Virus record (IMG/VR): IMGVR_UViG_3300028797_000128
Location: 1 to 64,000 of that record
DNA length: 64,000 nt
DNA from: a virus
Lineage: Duplodnaviria > Caudoviricetes
Direction: 5' to 3' (one strand)
In this document: piece by piece, positions 8,698-19,120 of the stretch
How positions within the stretch are numbered: the stretch's first letter is position 1
How the letters are laid out: each line of letters starts with the position of its first letter
Made by a program: the position numbers and the translations under genes
Notes under the pieces: generated by a model
What the model was told of the DNA's origin: nothing
Seen by the model: the letters and a program-made list of their open reading frames with translations, nothing else
Database searches by the model: none

Positions 8698-10588
8698 ACA
8701 CTTCTTGCTCCGCCTGTTCTGCTTGCGTTATCTGTTCTAATGATATGCAAGGAGGCGGATTATCAGCAAGGCAATTGCCTTTATCCCATGCGTAAATGCG
8801 TTTCAGCTCATCGGTATTATTAACACTAAAAAACCTACGACTTGGATAATCAAATCCGAGTTTTATCTCTGCACCATTCTTGCCGAGGTATCGGTCTTTT
8901 ATAATCTTAATAGTAACGCCCACTTCGTTTCTCTCCATACCGATAACACGACCTGCGAGATTAGAGATATTAGAACTACCTGCAACATCATCCATACTCA
9001 ACGCTTCATTAGTCTTACGCGAATGAGCTGCGAGAACTACTGCCACATTAAAAGTGAGAGCAAAGTTTACACATTTGCGGACTATCTCAGTTTGTCTCAT
9101 AAGATCGCTCTCACAGCCCTTACAAGATATACAGGTCAAATTATCAAGAACAACCAAACTCACGCCCTGTCTACGGACGCATACCTCTGCGGTCTTGAGA
9201 ATATCATCTATATCAATGCTCTCTCCATCACGATAAAGGAAAAGCTGATTTCTATAATATTTGAGAATTTCTTTACGAGCATCAGGCGTTACACGATAGT
9301 ATGGAGCCCCCTCTTTGCTCACAAAGGAATTAATGTTGCGTCTGCCCGCAAGGGAGTACAAAAGCCAGTTTGATGTTAAAGCATTACTTAACTCCTGAGA
9401 ATAGAGAAAAACCGACTTCCCATCATTCAAACACTCGGCAGTTAGCAAGTTGATTAAGCTTGTCTTGCCGGCACTTGCCTTTGCAAATAGAACCGTTAGG
9501 CTGCCCGAAAATAGCCTCATCAGCACTTTATCCATATCGGCAAGACCAAATCTACAGCCGTCAAGCTCATCAAGATTGTACTCGTGAACATCACTAAAAT
9601 CTACAACTGTAGGGATTGGCTTATTAATAGCTTCGTTTATACATTCTAAAACCTTTTCTGCTCCGTAATAATACAGCACTTCGTTAGTATCTGATACCGC
9701 AACCCTTTCACCATTGGACATAGTGTAGGATGTTGGAAACTGTACTGCCCTACACTTCCAATTACCGAGTCTCGCCACAACTTCCTTAGAAAATTTGCGA
9801 CCTGCTTCATCATTATCTCCTGCCACTACAATAGTGTCAAATTGTTCAAAGAAATCCCACTGTTCATCAATGAACTTAGTATTGCTACACCCAAAAGGAA
9901 TTGATACTGTATTTTTATATCCTGCCTGTATTGCAGCAAGCGCATCAATTTCGCCTTCGCAAATCAGCAATGGGCTATCGGGATTGGCAAGATGTTGTAA
10001 AAACATTACATTTTCGTGATCCGTATCTTTCTGCACCCAAGTCTTTATCTCCCCTTTGGATTTATCTATCTTACGGGCTGGGCGGAGTTTAACGGTCTTG
10101 AGAACGTCATTACTATCAATAAATGGAAACTCAATATTACCTTTGCCGTCGCAAGAAAGTCCTGCGTAATCAATAACCGCCTTGCTTATCCCACGTTTGC
10201 CGAGATATTCATACACAAGAGTCATATCAGTTCCATTTGTGAGCTTGGGATAACGATAACTCTTGTTTGCTTTTAAACCAACTTCGGGCATTGGAACGTC
10301 CATGCCAGCAAGTTCAAATACTTTTGTAACAGCTTGGTTAAATGTCATTCCTTGTCCTTCTATATAGGCATCTACTATATCAACAGATTTATTGCACTTC
10401 CCGAAACAATGGAATCTGTGGGATTTGTTGTCAAAAATAAACGATGGTGTGTTCTCATTATGAAACGGACAACAACCTTTTTTATTCTTACTATCATATT
10501 TTTCAAGTTTGAAAATGTCGGCTATAATGTCCGCTGTATTATCACCTATTCTTTCTTTTGCTTGCTCGATTAGTGCCTTATCCACCAT
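8687..10588 (-). CDS. primase-helicase (CHC2 Zn finger, TOPRIM, DnaB-like)
   Basis: CPFH..CFG, ICEGEIDAL, GDNDEAG, Walker A ASAGKT, VVLDNL. Confidence 0.9.
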   Translation of the reverse strand: MVDKALIEQAKERIGDNTADIIADIFKLEKYDSKNKKGCCPFHNENTPSFIFDNKSHRFHCFGKCNKSVDIVDAYIEGQGMTFNQAVTKVFELAGMDVPMPEVGLKANKSYRYPKLTNGTDMTLVYEYLGKRGISKAVIDYAGLSCDGKGNIEFPFIDSNDVLKTVKLRPARKIDKSKGEIKTWVQKDTDHENVMFLQHLANPDSPLLICEGEIDALAAIQAGYKNTVSIPFGCSNTKFIDEQWDFFEQFDTIVVAGDNDEAGRKFSKEVVARLGNWKCRAVQFPTSYTMSNGERVAVSDTNEVLYYYGAEKVLECINEAINKPIPTVVDFSDVHEYNLDELDGCRFGLADMDKVLMRLFSGSLTVLFAKASAGKTSLINLLTAECLNDGKSVFLYSQELSNALTSNWLLYSLAGRRNINSFVSKEGAPYYRVTPDARKEILKYYRNQLFLYRDGESIDIDDILKTAEVCVRRQGVSLVVLDNLTCISCKGCESDLMRQTEIVRKCVNFALTFNVAVVLAAHSRKTNEALSMDDVAGSSNISNLAGRVIGMERNEVGVTIKIIKDRYLGKNGAEIKLGFDYPSRRFFSVNNTDELKRIYAWDKGNCLADNPPPCISLEQITQAEQAEQEVFGA

Positions 10589-10590
10589 CT

Positions 10591-11322
10591 CTATTCCCTC
10601 CCATTATAAACGCAATCTGTGAATCCACAAAGATTCGTACAATACCATGAGTCTGGCTTGCACTCCCACTCTTGTTCCTGTAATATTGTATCAACCGCCA
10701 CCTTGAACCAGTCAAGCGCAGCCATATAATCCCCTTCTTTAAACTCTACCTTTTCTATCTTCTGCGCCCTGTAAAGATTGAACCACAACTCTTTCGGAAA
10801 CTCACCATATTCTTCATATACCGCCTTAGAGTAGATATAAAGCTGTTTGGTATAATCGGCTTTCTCACCTTTTTTAAAGGCAGATTTGCTCTTGTGATCC
10901 TGTATTATAATTCGTCCATCACTCTTATCTCTCAGCAACAAGTCTATTATTCCCGTGAACTTGTGACCGCCTATCTCGCAGTTAATGCGCTTTTCAACAC
11001 CAAGAACCTCGTAGTTATCGTCTTTTTCAAATGTCTGCAAGTACGCAAGGCTCGTATCGTAGTAGGACTTTGCCATGTTGTAGAACGGGAAACGCTCAGT
11101 TACTTCTTCTGCGTAATGTGCTTCAAATTCATCAGCAAGTTCAAACTCATACAACTCACCCTTGTAGCATCTCTCTAAAATGCTATGGACAAACGATCCG
11201 CTTTGCGCAAAAGAATTAGGCAACTCTTGTTCTCCCTCTACATAGTGCAGATAGAATGAATACGGGCATTGCTCAAATGATTTGACTGACGAGAACGACC
11301 AAACTTTTTTCTTTAAATCCAT
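10591..11322 (-). CDS. PD-(D/E)XK exonuclease (RecB/Cas4-like)
   Basis: SFS..CP, GIIDL, DHKS, QLYIY, C-terminal Cys cluster. Confidence 0.85.
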   Translation of the reverse strand: MDLKKKVWSFSSVKSFEQCPYSFYLHYVEGEQELPNSFAQSGSFVHSILERCYKGELYEFELADEFEAHYAEEVTERFPFYNMAKSYYDTSLAYLQTFEKDDNYEVLGVEKRINCEIGGHKFTGIIDLLLRDKSDGRIIIQDHKSKSAFKKGEKADYTKQLYIYSKAVYEEYGEFPKELWFNLYRAQKIEKVEFKEGDYMAALDWFKVAVDTILQEQEWECKPDSWYCTNLCGFTDCVYNGRE

Positions 11323-11422
11323 GTTGCCCCCTAAACAAAAATAGAGCCAACCCCAACATACATATTAAATTGTATGCGAGATTGGCTCGTTTACCGTGTC
11401 GTGTCGCTGTTTATGACATATG

Positions 11423-11839
11423 TCAGAAAGGAATGTCTCCATCTAACGGTGCTTCAACTGGTGCTGCGGGTGCTGCGGTCTGTGCAGGAGCAACCTGTGT
11501 CTGCTGCGAATTGTTGTTGCCACCGCCAACAAACTCTATGGAATTAACAAGAATATATGAATTGTAATGTGTTACATCTTCGTGGTTCTTGTCCTGATAT
11601 TTGTCTGTCTTAAATGCTCCGATGACTGCTATGGGCTTGCCCTTCTTGCAGTAACGTCCTACAAGTTCAGCGGTCTTATTCCATGCCTGACAAGTAATAA
11701 AGTCTGCCGGTCTGTCATTGCCCTCAGAATCCTTGCCGTTGTTTACAGCAATAGTAAACTTAACTACTGACTTGCCACTTGTGGTCTGTCTGAGTTCAGG
11801 ATCACTTGTAAGATTACCAATAATTGTACACTGATTCAT
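11423..11839 (-). CDS. ssb: single-stranded DNA-binding protein
   Basis: IGNLTSDPELR, C-terminal DIPF. Confidence 0.95.
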   Translation of the reverse strand: MNQCTIIGNLTSDPELRQTTSGKSVVKFTIAVNNGKDSEGNDRPADFITCQAWNKTAELVGRYCKKGKPIAVIGAFKTDKYQDKNHEDVTHYNSYILVNSIEFVGGGNNNSQQTQVAPAQTAAPAAPVEAPLDGDIPF

Positions 11840-11857
11840 AAATTATACCTCCAAAAA

Positions 11858-12580
11858 TTACTTTGATTTCTTATCAGCCTTGAAGTCATCTGCTTTAAGA
11901 TTATCAAGGTCTGCCTTTAACTGATTGAGTTTGTCTGCGTCCTTAATCGTCTGAGGATTTGAAGTTCCGTAGTTAATCTTGAGCCACGAAACAAGCTTGT
12001 TACGGTCATAACCCTCGTCAATCTTAGCTTTAAAGGTTTCAATTGCGGTTAGAGCCTTTTCAGCGTTCTTGACATTCTCAATAGCTGCCATTTCACTGGT
12101 TTCAATCTTATGCCAAAGTCCAATACCGAGCAGAGTTCCTTCTGCCACACACTTAACCATGCAACGTTTAAGGGATTTGTTTACATCGTTCATTGTAATC
12201 TTCTCGATAGGAATAGACTGATTTTTAAAGTCCATGATAGGAAGTGTTGTCTCACAAACAATCTCAACACTTGGAATTTCAAGCTTTACCTTGACAAATG
12301 CGGTCTTACCATCTGTGAAGTAAGGCATATCCGTGGTTGTTACATGGCTTGCGTACTGCTTGCCGTCCTTTGTCTCCCCTACAAGAGCCGTGATTATCTT
12401 CTCTGTTGGGAACGTAATCTCGGTCAGTATCGCGTCTGGTGCGTTGAGCTTCAGCAGTTCTTCACAGCGACTCCACGGCAAGTAGCTCATACCGTTCTTG
12501 GTAAACAGATACGGCTTTACATCAATCTTACTCATCTTGTCAAGAAATTCTTGCTTCTTCTTAAAGATTTCTTCGGGCAT
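11858..12580 (-). CDS. single-strand annealing protein (Sak3/DUF1071-like)
   Basis: YLPWS, LPIMDFKN, DVNKSLKRCMVK; next to ssb and exonuclease. Confidence 0.75.
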   Translation of the reverse strand: MPEEIFKKKQEFLDKMSKIDVKPYLFTKNGMSYLPWSRCEELLKLNAPDAILTEITFPTEKIITALVGETKDGKQYASHVTTTDMPYFTDGKTAFVKVKLEIPSVEIVCETTLPIMDFKNQSIPIEKITMNDVNKSLKRCMVKCVAEGTLLGIGLWHKIETSEMAAIENVKNAEKALTAIETFKAKIDEGYDRNKLVSWLKINYGTSNPQTIKDADKLNQLKADLDNLKADDFKADKKSK

Positions 12581-12641
12581 TATTATTCTCCTTTTCTCAT
12601 TTGTTGTTTTGCAAAGATGTAAAAATCATCTCCACAATTAT

Positions 12642-12670
12642 ATTATATCATTAATCTCTCGACTTGTCAA
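12642..12670 (-). promoter_or_regulatory. sigmaA promoter of replication operon
   Basis: TTGACA-17-TATAAT. Confidence 0.8.
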
Positions 12671-12686
12671 GAGGAAAATAAAAAAA

Positions 12687-12878
12687 TTAGTAATTTTCTT
12701 TCAGCCATGCCGATAGGCATTCACGGCAACTCTCTCCTTCATACTTCTCGCATCTGCCCCTAACAGCATCATAATCGCAGTCGTTTATGCGATAAATCAA
12801 ACATTCTGGAGAACGCTTGGATATCATGTCTAACAAATCAAGTGTGGTCATTGAGTTTAGCCATTCGTGATTAGTCAT
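12687..12878 (-). CDS. hypothetical Cys-rich protein
   Basis: MTN..CRECLSAWL; resembles 39679-39900. Confidence 0.6.
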   Translation of the reverse strand: MTNHEWLNSMTTLDLLDMISKRSPECLIYRINDCDYDAVRGRCEKYEGESCRECLSAWLKENY

Positions 12879-12882
12879 CTTG

Positions 12883-13251
12883 TCACCTCAATCCCATACT
12901 GGCAATTTCTTCCTCTATCATAAAATTATCAAAGCCCCTATTGTATAATCTCTGTCGTGTAACAATGCTCGGATTCTTTGCGTGATCCTTTAATAAACAA
13001 GTCAAGCAATATGTAGCTCTGCCATCAGGCAATCTCTCACCACACATTCCACATTTCTTACCTACCGGCTTATAGTGTTCTCTATAATAGATTTTACGCC
13101 TGTCCCTCACAACATCCTGATGATAGTATCTCCGAGCGTTCTTTTTATTGCTTTCCTTATAGGCTATCTTTCGGCAAGCATCTGAGCAGAGACAGTATCT
13201 CGGATTGGCAGCTTCAAATTCAGTACCGCATATTCTACATTTCTTTATCAT
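12883..13251 (-). CDS. Zn-finger protein
   Basis: multiple CxxC pairs. Confidence 0.65.
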   Translation of the reverse strand: MIKKCRICGTEFEAANPRYCLCSDACRKIAYKESNKKNARRYYHQDVVRDRRKIYYREHYKPVGKKCGMCGERLPDGRATYCLTCLLKDHAKNPSIVTRQRLYNRGFDNFMIEEEIASMGLR

Positions 13252-13355
13252 CGTATTTCTCCATCAAGTGTTCAAGATTGCTCATTCACTCGCCTCCTCA
13301 TTAAACGTAGGTTTTATTGCCATTTTGCCCACGCAAAATAGCCAAAAAGTGGCTG

Positions 13356-13778
13356 TCATTCTTCAATAAGTTCAGGATTATCGTAGATATTACCAACAAC
13401 TGACCAATTATTGCTATCGAAGTCCTCAAACCATTCGCAGTTACCGTTACTTATGCCTCACACAACCGACTTTGGATTTTTATGAGTACATAAACCGAAA
13501 CCACAACAGCCGTCATCAAACCATACGACTTCTGCATAGTAATTGTAGTCTCCGTCAGAACAATAAGGATATTCGTCGCCTTGAAAAATATCTCCCTCGA
13601 AGATTTTCACGCCGTTCTTGTCGGTTAAGCCAGTATATTGACATAGCGTATCTTCGTATACGCACTCATGTCCGTTGCCAGCATATATCTGAGGAACATC
13701 GTACTGTTTTGCAAAATGCCCATACGCCCATTCTTTAGTCGCTTTTGTTTTTGCTCTGAAAAGAATTTCTCTATTCAT
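13356..13778 (-). pseudogene. YopX-family gene with in-frame TGA at 13458-13460
   Basis: REILFRAK, QYTGLTDKNG..IFEGDI; reading through the TGA gives VVGNIYDNPELI. Confidence 0.8.
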
Positions 13779-13789
13779 CTTCTCACTCC

Positions 13790-13987
13790 TTATTTACATA
13801 GTTCATCTCCGAAAAAAGTTTTAAGCGTCTGCATTTGTTCATCTGTTAAAGATGCACGATAACCAAATTCATATCTCAATTCCCTAATTTCTTTTCGGAG
13901 TTCCTTGTTTTCTTCAGTAAGCAACTCAATTGCTCTCGCAAGGCTCTTTACCATATCTTTATCAGTGTATTCGCTCAAACTCAACAT
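13790..13987 (-). CDS. hypothetical protein
   Basis: ORF with RBS. Confidence 0.6.
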   Translation of the reverse strand: MLSLSEYTDKDMVKSLARAIELLTEENKELRKEIRELRYEFGYRASLTDEQMQTLKTFFGDELCK

Positions 13988-14009
13988 CTCCTCACATAAA
14001 ATGTAGCTT

Positions 14010-14324
14010 TCAACGTATTATGTCACTCATATTGCAAGCTCTTATTAACTCCAATATAATCTTTTCCTTGCCCTCGATAAACATTTTATCTTCACGAAAC
14101 AGAGAACGCTCTTTATCGGTTTCAATAATCTGCCTCTGGTCATATATCATATGTCGTATGCGGTCTATTAGTCCCACAAGTTCATCAATTGCAAACATTG
14201 TATTACTAAGTAAAGCCCTTTCTTCGGGAATAGTATGATACTGAGCAGCCAGTTCACGACGGAGTTCCATAAGCTTAGAAAGCTCTTTTTCTGTTATTGG
14301 CTGAGATCCGTTACTTAACCTCAT
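14010..14324 (-). CDS. hypothetical protein
   Basis: RBS AAGGAG before ATG 14324; bounded by two palindromic sites. Confidence 0.6.
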   Translation of the reverse strand: MRLSNGSQPITEKELSKLMELRRELAAQYHTIPEERALLSNTMFAIDELVGLIDRIRHMIYDQRQIIETDKERSLFREDKMFIEGKEKIILELIRACNMSDIIR

Positions 14325-14357
14325 AGCACTACACTCCTTTCTAATAAAATGCAACTT

Positions 14358-14777
14358 TCAACTTTCGATTAGTTTTAATGCTTCATCGGTGTAACGCCAT
14401 TTAAAATCACAAGTATCTGAAACTCGGCAAGCAAAATTATCTCTCTTGCACACTTTAGTACAAAAATTTTTTTCGCTCATATCCTCAACCGCCAACTTCA
14501 ACAGCCTTTTGGCTTCTTTCAACTCACCCAGCAACATCTCAATCTCAACACCACAATCATTCAGTGCAGCTCTCGTATCTTTCAGCTCCATCAACCATTC
14601 TGCAAGCTGTCTGTGTTCTGCTGCACACTCTTTGCAAGCTTCAACGTCCAGTCCGCCAAGCACATCAATTAACTCTGCACTGTCTGCTCTTTTCTGTAAC
14701 TCTCCTGCTTCTTCAAGGCAATGCTTTATAGCTTCATCAATCGTCATTCTGTTCACCGTCTTTTCTTTTAAGGACAT
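14358..14777 (-). CDS. hypothetical phage protein
   Basis: TIDEAIKH..ECAAEHRQLAEWL motif. Confidence 0.7.
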   Translation of the reverse strand: MSLKEKTVNRMTIDEAIKHCLEEAGELQKRADSAELIDVLGGLDVEACKECAAEHRQLAEWLMELKDTRAALNDCGVEIEMLLGELKEAKRLLKLAVEDMSEKNFCTKVCKRDNFACRVSDTCDFKWRYTDEALKLIES

Positions 14778-14866
14778 CTTTTATATCCATCAACTCAGAA
14801 AGAATACGCCATAAGAATAAGTATATAACTATATGGAACATCGTATCGTTCAAGCTACCTATTGTA

Positions 14867-15094
14867 TCAAACATAGTCGCATACATCCTTTCTCCGCATT
14901 ACAAGCTCAAATTCAGAACTCTTATATGTAATACTGTGTTCCTCATTACCGTCCATAAACTGCGTGAACCAAGTGAACACCGCTGCTATCGCTTCATCTG
15001 TAACATCCGACTTGTTCACCCAGCGTCTTTTATCTTTCGTGAGAGTTCCGGCATATATATTTTCAAAGCCGTTACCTACATGATACTCAGCCAT
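14867..15094 (-). CDS. hypothetical protein
   Basis: RBS; IYAGTL..W.NKSDVTDEAI. Confidence 0.65.
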   Translation of the reverse strand: MAEYHVGNGFENIYAGTLTKDKRRWVNKSDVTDEAIAAVFTWFTQFMDGNEEHSITYKSSEFELVMRRKDVCDYV

Positions 15095-15288
15095 TGTTAT
15101 CCCTCCTATCTCCTTTCACTCGGAGAATAGTATCGTCTGTTGCATCTGTAATATTAAAGGCTTCTACTGTGACATTGGTAGTACGACCAACGGATTTAAC
15201 ACAAGTCACCGTCAATACTCCGGCAAACTTATCTGGTATTTGAATTTGCAGTTGTTTCATAACTCCTCCTCATAAAAGTGAAATTCTA

Positions 15289-15528
15289 TTAAAAGCAACT
15301 GCCATCATCGGGCGGTTCTTCTTCATTTCGTACCCTTTTATTTAAAAAGGGCTTTACTGCTTTAAAGTATTCGTCTGCGCATTTTGAACATAAATCAATT
15401 TTCTTGCCAACTATGCCCCAAACAATACTTTTATAATATATTACCATATTACAATGCTGATGAGATTTAGATATATCTTTCCCACACTTGTCACAATAAA
15501 TTGTTGTTACTGTCTTTTGCATTGTCAA
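15289..15528 (-). CDS. Zn-ribbon protein
   Basis: CDKCG..DLCSKC. Confidence 0.6.
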   Translation of the reverse strand: MTMQKTVTTIYCDKCGKDISKSHQHCNMVIYYKSIVWGIVGKKIDLCSKCADEYFKAVKPFLNKRVRNEEEPPDDGSCF

Positions 15529-15576
15529 CTCTCCTTTAAATTATTCTTTTATAGGATATTTTGTATTCGGATTCAT

Positions 15577-16728
15577 TCAGTATGTATTTTCATATTCTGT
15601 AAAAATATAAGCAATGTGATATGCTAAAAGAACAGGAACTGCATTGCCGATCTGTCGGTAACAGGCTGAGTTGTTCCCATGAAAAATAAAATCATCAGGA
15701 AATGTCTGGATTCGTGCAACCTCTCTGATTGATAGCCTTCTGTGCTGTTCGGGGTGCGGCGGGATTAACGCTCCACCTGTTCCGCTGCCTCTCCCCATGA
15801 TGGTTGGTGCTCGTTTCTCCCAATATGTGGCTCTGTTGCCAATGTGGTTGGATATCTTTACCTTGCAAGCACTGCCTGTATGATTATAAAATGGACAATC
15901 ATCGCTGTACTCCAATGGCAGATCACCAATAGCATCTTTGAGAATTGTTGTATGATATATTTCTTTATTATTAATATCAATTGAAACAGGCTCTCCGCTT
16001 TTACGCCATTTTTTATAAGCTTTATTGATTTTTTCTTTCAAAGGAACAGGATCGTTTGTTGTTGAATCCTCAGAATGAGTGCCATTTATAATAAGCCTTT
16101 TTTTAGGTTTATTTTTACTTAATGGCACATCACTTATATGATTGCTCAGTGATTTATAATCTATGTCTTTTCTTATTCCTAATATAATTACACGTTCTCT
16201 GTTTTGAGGGACTCCGAAATCATAAGCATTTAATACATTGTAGTAAACATCATATCCAGCCCCAGTGCCGGGAAATAATTTTGACTTCTTAGTTCCAGCA
16301 TTTTCCAGATCATGTAATATCATCGGAAGAACTTCGCCTTTATCAATATTTTCTAATCCTTTTACGTTTTCTAACTGAAAAAAAGGTGGCTGTTTAACAG
16401 ATATTGCTTTTAAAAGCTGTAAATACAGATAATTTCTCTCATCTTCCATGCTTCTGTCTAAGTTTGCTATTGTAAATCCCTGACATGGAAAACCTCCTAT
16501 AATAACATCACAGTCAGGAATAATCTGATTGATTTCTTCTTTTGATGTATTAAGCAGCTTGACAATATCAATACATGAAGCTTCATGATCCTGATATTTA
16601 CCAATATTGTAATTATATGTCTGTACAGCATATTCATCAAAATCATTTGCCCATATGATTTTGTGTCCGGCAAGGCAATATCCTAAATCCAGTCCACCGG
16701 CACCTGAAAAAAAAGATACTATTCTCAT
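15577..16728 (-). CDS. C5 cytosine DNA methyltransferase (single chain)
   Basis: FFSGAGG, GFPCQGF, ENVKG, QNRERV, RRLSIREVARIQTFPD, QIGNAVP. Confidence 0.95.
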   Translation of the reverse strand: MRIVSFFSGAGGLDLGYCLAGHKIIWANDFDEYAVQTYNYNIGKYQDHEASCIDIVKLLNTSKEEINQIIPDCDVIIGGFPCQGFTIANLDRSMEDERNYLYLQLLKAISVKQPPFFQLENVKGLENIDKGEVLPMILHDLENAGTKKSKLFPGTGAGYDVYYNVLNAYDFGVPQNRERVIILGIRKDIDYKSLSNHISDVPLSKNKPKKRLIINGTHSEDSTTNDPVPLKEKINKAYKKWRKSGEPVSIDINNKEIYHTTILKDAIGDLPLEYSDDCPFYNHTGSACKVKISNHIGNRATYWEKRAPTIMGRGSGTGGALIPPHPEQHRRLSIREVARIQTFPDDFIFHGNNSACYRQIGNAVPVLLAYHIAYIFTEYENTY

Positions 16729-16748
16729 TGTTCCTCCTTAATAAAACT

Positions 16749-16952
16749 TTATTCTTTTATCTCTCCCTTAATATAATCTTTATAGTTATCTGCTATAAGA
16801 TTATTGTCGAGGAAATCATAAAATTCTTGTCTGTTGAAGTAGTCATTATAAAGAAACTCCTCGTGTTCGCCATATCGTTCTTCTGTTTTCCACGCTACGG
16901 TTACTCCACAAGAGCAAGTGTCGTAAATATAACCATTATATCTATTTGCCAT
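16749..16952 (-). CDS. hypothetical protein
   Basis: ORF with RBS. Confidence 0.55.
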   Translation of the reverse strand: MANRYNGYIYDTCSCGVTVAWKTEERYGEHEEFLYNDYFNRQEFYDFLDNNLIADNYKDYIKGEIKE

Positions 16953-16995
16953 TTTAATTTTCCCCCTTTACAAAAAAAGCAATAAAACAAGACTT

Positions 16996-17199
16996 CTAAA
17001 AATTACATATGACTTCGCCGTGTACTTGATAGGCAACGTCATATGCCTTTTTTACTTCTTCGTAAGCTCCATAAAACCACAGCCCTGTATCATCCACTGA
17101 TCTAACCACAATGAACGGGCTATCTTTGGCATAGTCGGGAGCGTTATGAATTATATAATTGTTAATATTTAGGTCGCTCATTTTAATTCCTATTTTCAT
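16996..17199 (-). CDS. hypothetical protein
   Basis: RBS; LWFYGAY motif; bounded by palindromic sites. Confidence 0.6.
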   Translation of the reverse strand: MKIGIKMSDLNINNYIIHNAPDYAKDSPFIVVRSVDDTGLWFYGAYEEVKKAYDVAYQVHGEVICNF

Positions 17200-17235
17200 C
17201 TTAAAATCCTCCTTCTATTGGGTAATACCCATTTA

Positions 17236-18450
17236 CTATATTTTATATACATTTATTATAGTAGGCGTTAGACACACCTCTATCCCATAGCTAAACGCAT
17301 CTGGGAATACTTTTCTAATTATTTGATACGCTCCATTAACATCGGAATTTATCAATGTATCAGTAGCTTGAAATAACCCTCTTTTAACTCTGCGTTTCTT
17401 GTTGTAGTTCTCCTTGCAAGGCAACTCTCCATCAAGAAAACTCGTTCCACTCGTATAACTTTCCTCAGTTTCAATAAAGTTTATACCAACATCTTCGCAC
17501 TTATACTTTAACTGCTGTATTAATATTTCGTATGGGATTCCAACAAAATTTTGAGAATTAACTTTACTCATCTTTAAATCTTGTTTCCACTCGTCATTAT
17601 GTCCTACAACTAAAGTGTCTATCTGATGTTGTGCACACCACTTCACTATGTAACAGCTTGCATGATGCATATAATTTTTTACTCTGTTGAAACGCTTAAA
17701 GGTTATTTGTTCAAGTTGTTTACTCCAAAACTGACCTTTGGGTAATTTAGATTGTAGCCCCGATCTACGCTTATTATAGAACTGATTTATACTCTTTAAT
17801 CCTCTACCGTTAATAACAAATGGCTTCTCGCCAATATTATTTGAAGCTGTAGCAAGATTATTAACTCCTAAATCAATACCTACAATACGTTTATTTTCAG
17901 ACGTAGCATCAGAAACTTCAATCTGAGATACTATCTCCATGACATATACACAACCTCTTGGAACAAACCTTACCTGTATCAATCTGCCCACGCATCTACA
18001 CTTCCATTTAATAGATTGTAGTTTACGCACTCTGAATTTAAGTTCCCCATCCTCAAAGTAACAACAATTATTTGGTATCATCCAGTTAAATCTGCCGTCC
18101 TTCTTTAGATATTTAGGAATCTGCGGTCTACCCAAAAACTTCTTTGGATTCTTCTCATATTCTTTTAAGCCTTTAAAAAATGATTTCCAGTTCTTATCAA
18201 GCAAACGCAGAACACAATTCGCAGGTTGACTCATGCAATCTTTATATTGCTGATGTGTTTTAAGATTGAAGTTCATTTCCTTGTACGGAATATATCTTTT
18301 ATTGTTGATATACTCTTGCCTAATTATGTAGTTAGCATAATTATAAAGGTTCTTTGCATTTAAACACATCTCATCAATCGCTTTCCACAAAGGATGAGAC
18401 TTCCGAATAATCTGTGTCTCTGTTCTTTCAACAATCATATCTATCGTCAT
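17236..18450 (-). CDS. tnpB: TnpB-family RNA-guided nuclease (IS200/IS605, IS1341-like)
   Basis: KNLYN, GIDLGVNN, EESYTS, NSDVNGA; no TnpA nearby. Confidence 0.88.
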   Translation of the reverse strand: MTIDMIVERTETQIIRKSHPLWKAIDEMCLNAKNLYNYANYIIRQEYINNKRYIPYKEMNFNLKTHQQYKDCMSQPANCVLRLLDKNWKSFFKGLKEYEKNPKKFLGRPQIPKYLKKDGRFNWMIPNNCCYFEDGELKFRVRKLQSIKWKCRCVGRLIQVRFVPRGCVYVMEIVSQIEVSDATSENKRIVGIDLGVNNLATASNNIGEKPFVINGRGLKSINQFYNKRRSGLQSKLPKGQFWSKQLEQITFKRFNRVKNYMHHASCYIVKWCAQHQIDTLVVGHNDEWKQDLKMSKVNSQNFVGIPYEILIQQLKYKCEDVGINFIETEESYTSGTSFLDGELPCKENYNKKRRVKRGLFQATDTLINSDVNGAYQIIRKVFPDAFSYGIEVCLTPTIINVYKI

Positions 18451-18500
18451 TTCCTTTCATAATGTGTAATATTAATATTTTTTGTTTTGCCAAATACTTT

Positions 18501-18944
18501 TTATTCACCGCACCATAGTGGCGTGAAGTCCTTGAACCTATCGTATATTACCTGCCATTCGTCAGCTGGAATACCGCCAGCTCTAAATTTTTCTTCCAAG
18601 TTGTAAAGGCATTCTCTAAGATAAATGTCATCGTGCCACTCAGCAAACAGACCTTCTCCAAGAGTACAGTTTACATTACACCAATCCGTCTTGTGCATCC
18701 ACTTCCAAAACTTTTGAACATCAACTTTATATTCTCGATGTCTCATTGCTGATATTACCATTGCAGTATAAACTGCAAAATGATTTAAAGGATAATCCAT
18801 AATCTTGTTTACCAGTATGTGATTAGGTGTACCCTTTTCTGTTATGCTCTTTGCTATGCAACAGCACTCTCTCCACTGAGAGACTAACTGCAAACGTGGC
18901 AGGTAGAGTAAAAGTTTGTAATGCCATAATCTCAAAGTAATCAC
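18501..18944 (-). CDS. pyrimidine dimer DNA glycosylase / endonuclease V-like protein
   Basis: RLWH..L..LP..QL..QWREC N-terminus. Confidence 0.7.
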   Translation of the reverse strand: MITLRLWHYKLLLYLPRLQLVSQWRECCCIAKSITEKGTPNHILVNKIMDYPLNHFAVYTAMVISAMRHREYKVDVQKFWKWMHKTDWCNVNCTLGEGLFAEWHDDIYLRECLYNLEEKFRAGGIPADEWQVIYDRFKDFTPLWCGE

Positions 18945-19035
18945 CGCCTTGAAATATTAGTTTAATACAAAGCACAACATATTGTATGTTATAACAATTA
19001 TCTCAGTATAACAATCAATATATTGTGCGTTAGTA

Positions 19036-19120
19036 TGGTGCTCCCTATGGCACTCGAAGCCATACGCATTTCTGCAACAGTTTTTGGGACTGTCCTGTCT
19101 ACCAATTCCAGCAAGGGAGC
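19036..19120 (-). tRNA. tRNA-Leu(CAA)
   Basis: cloverleaf with long variable arm, TTCGAGT T-loop, encoded CCA; anticodon loop CCCAAAA. Confidence 0.85.
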
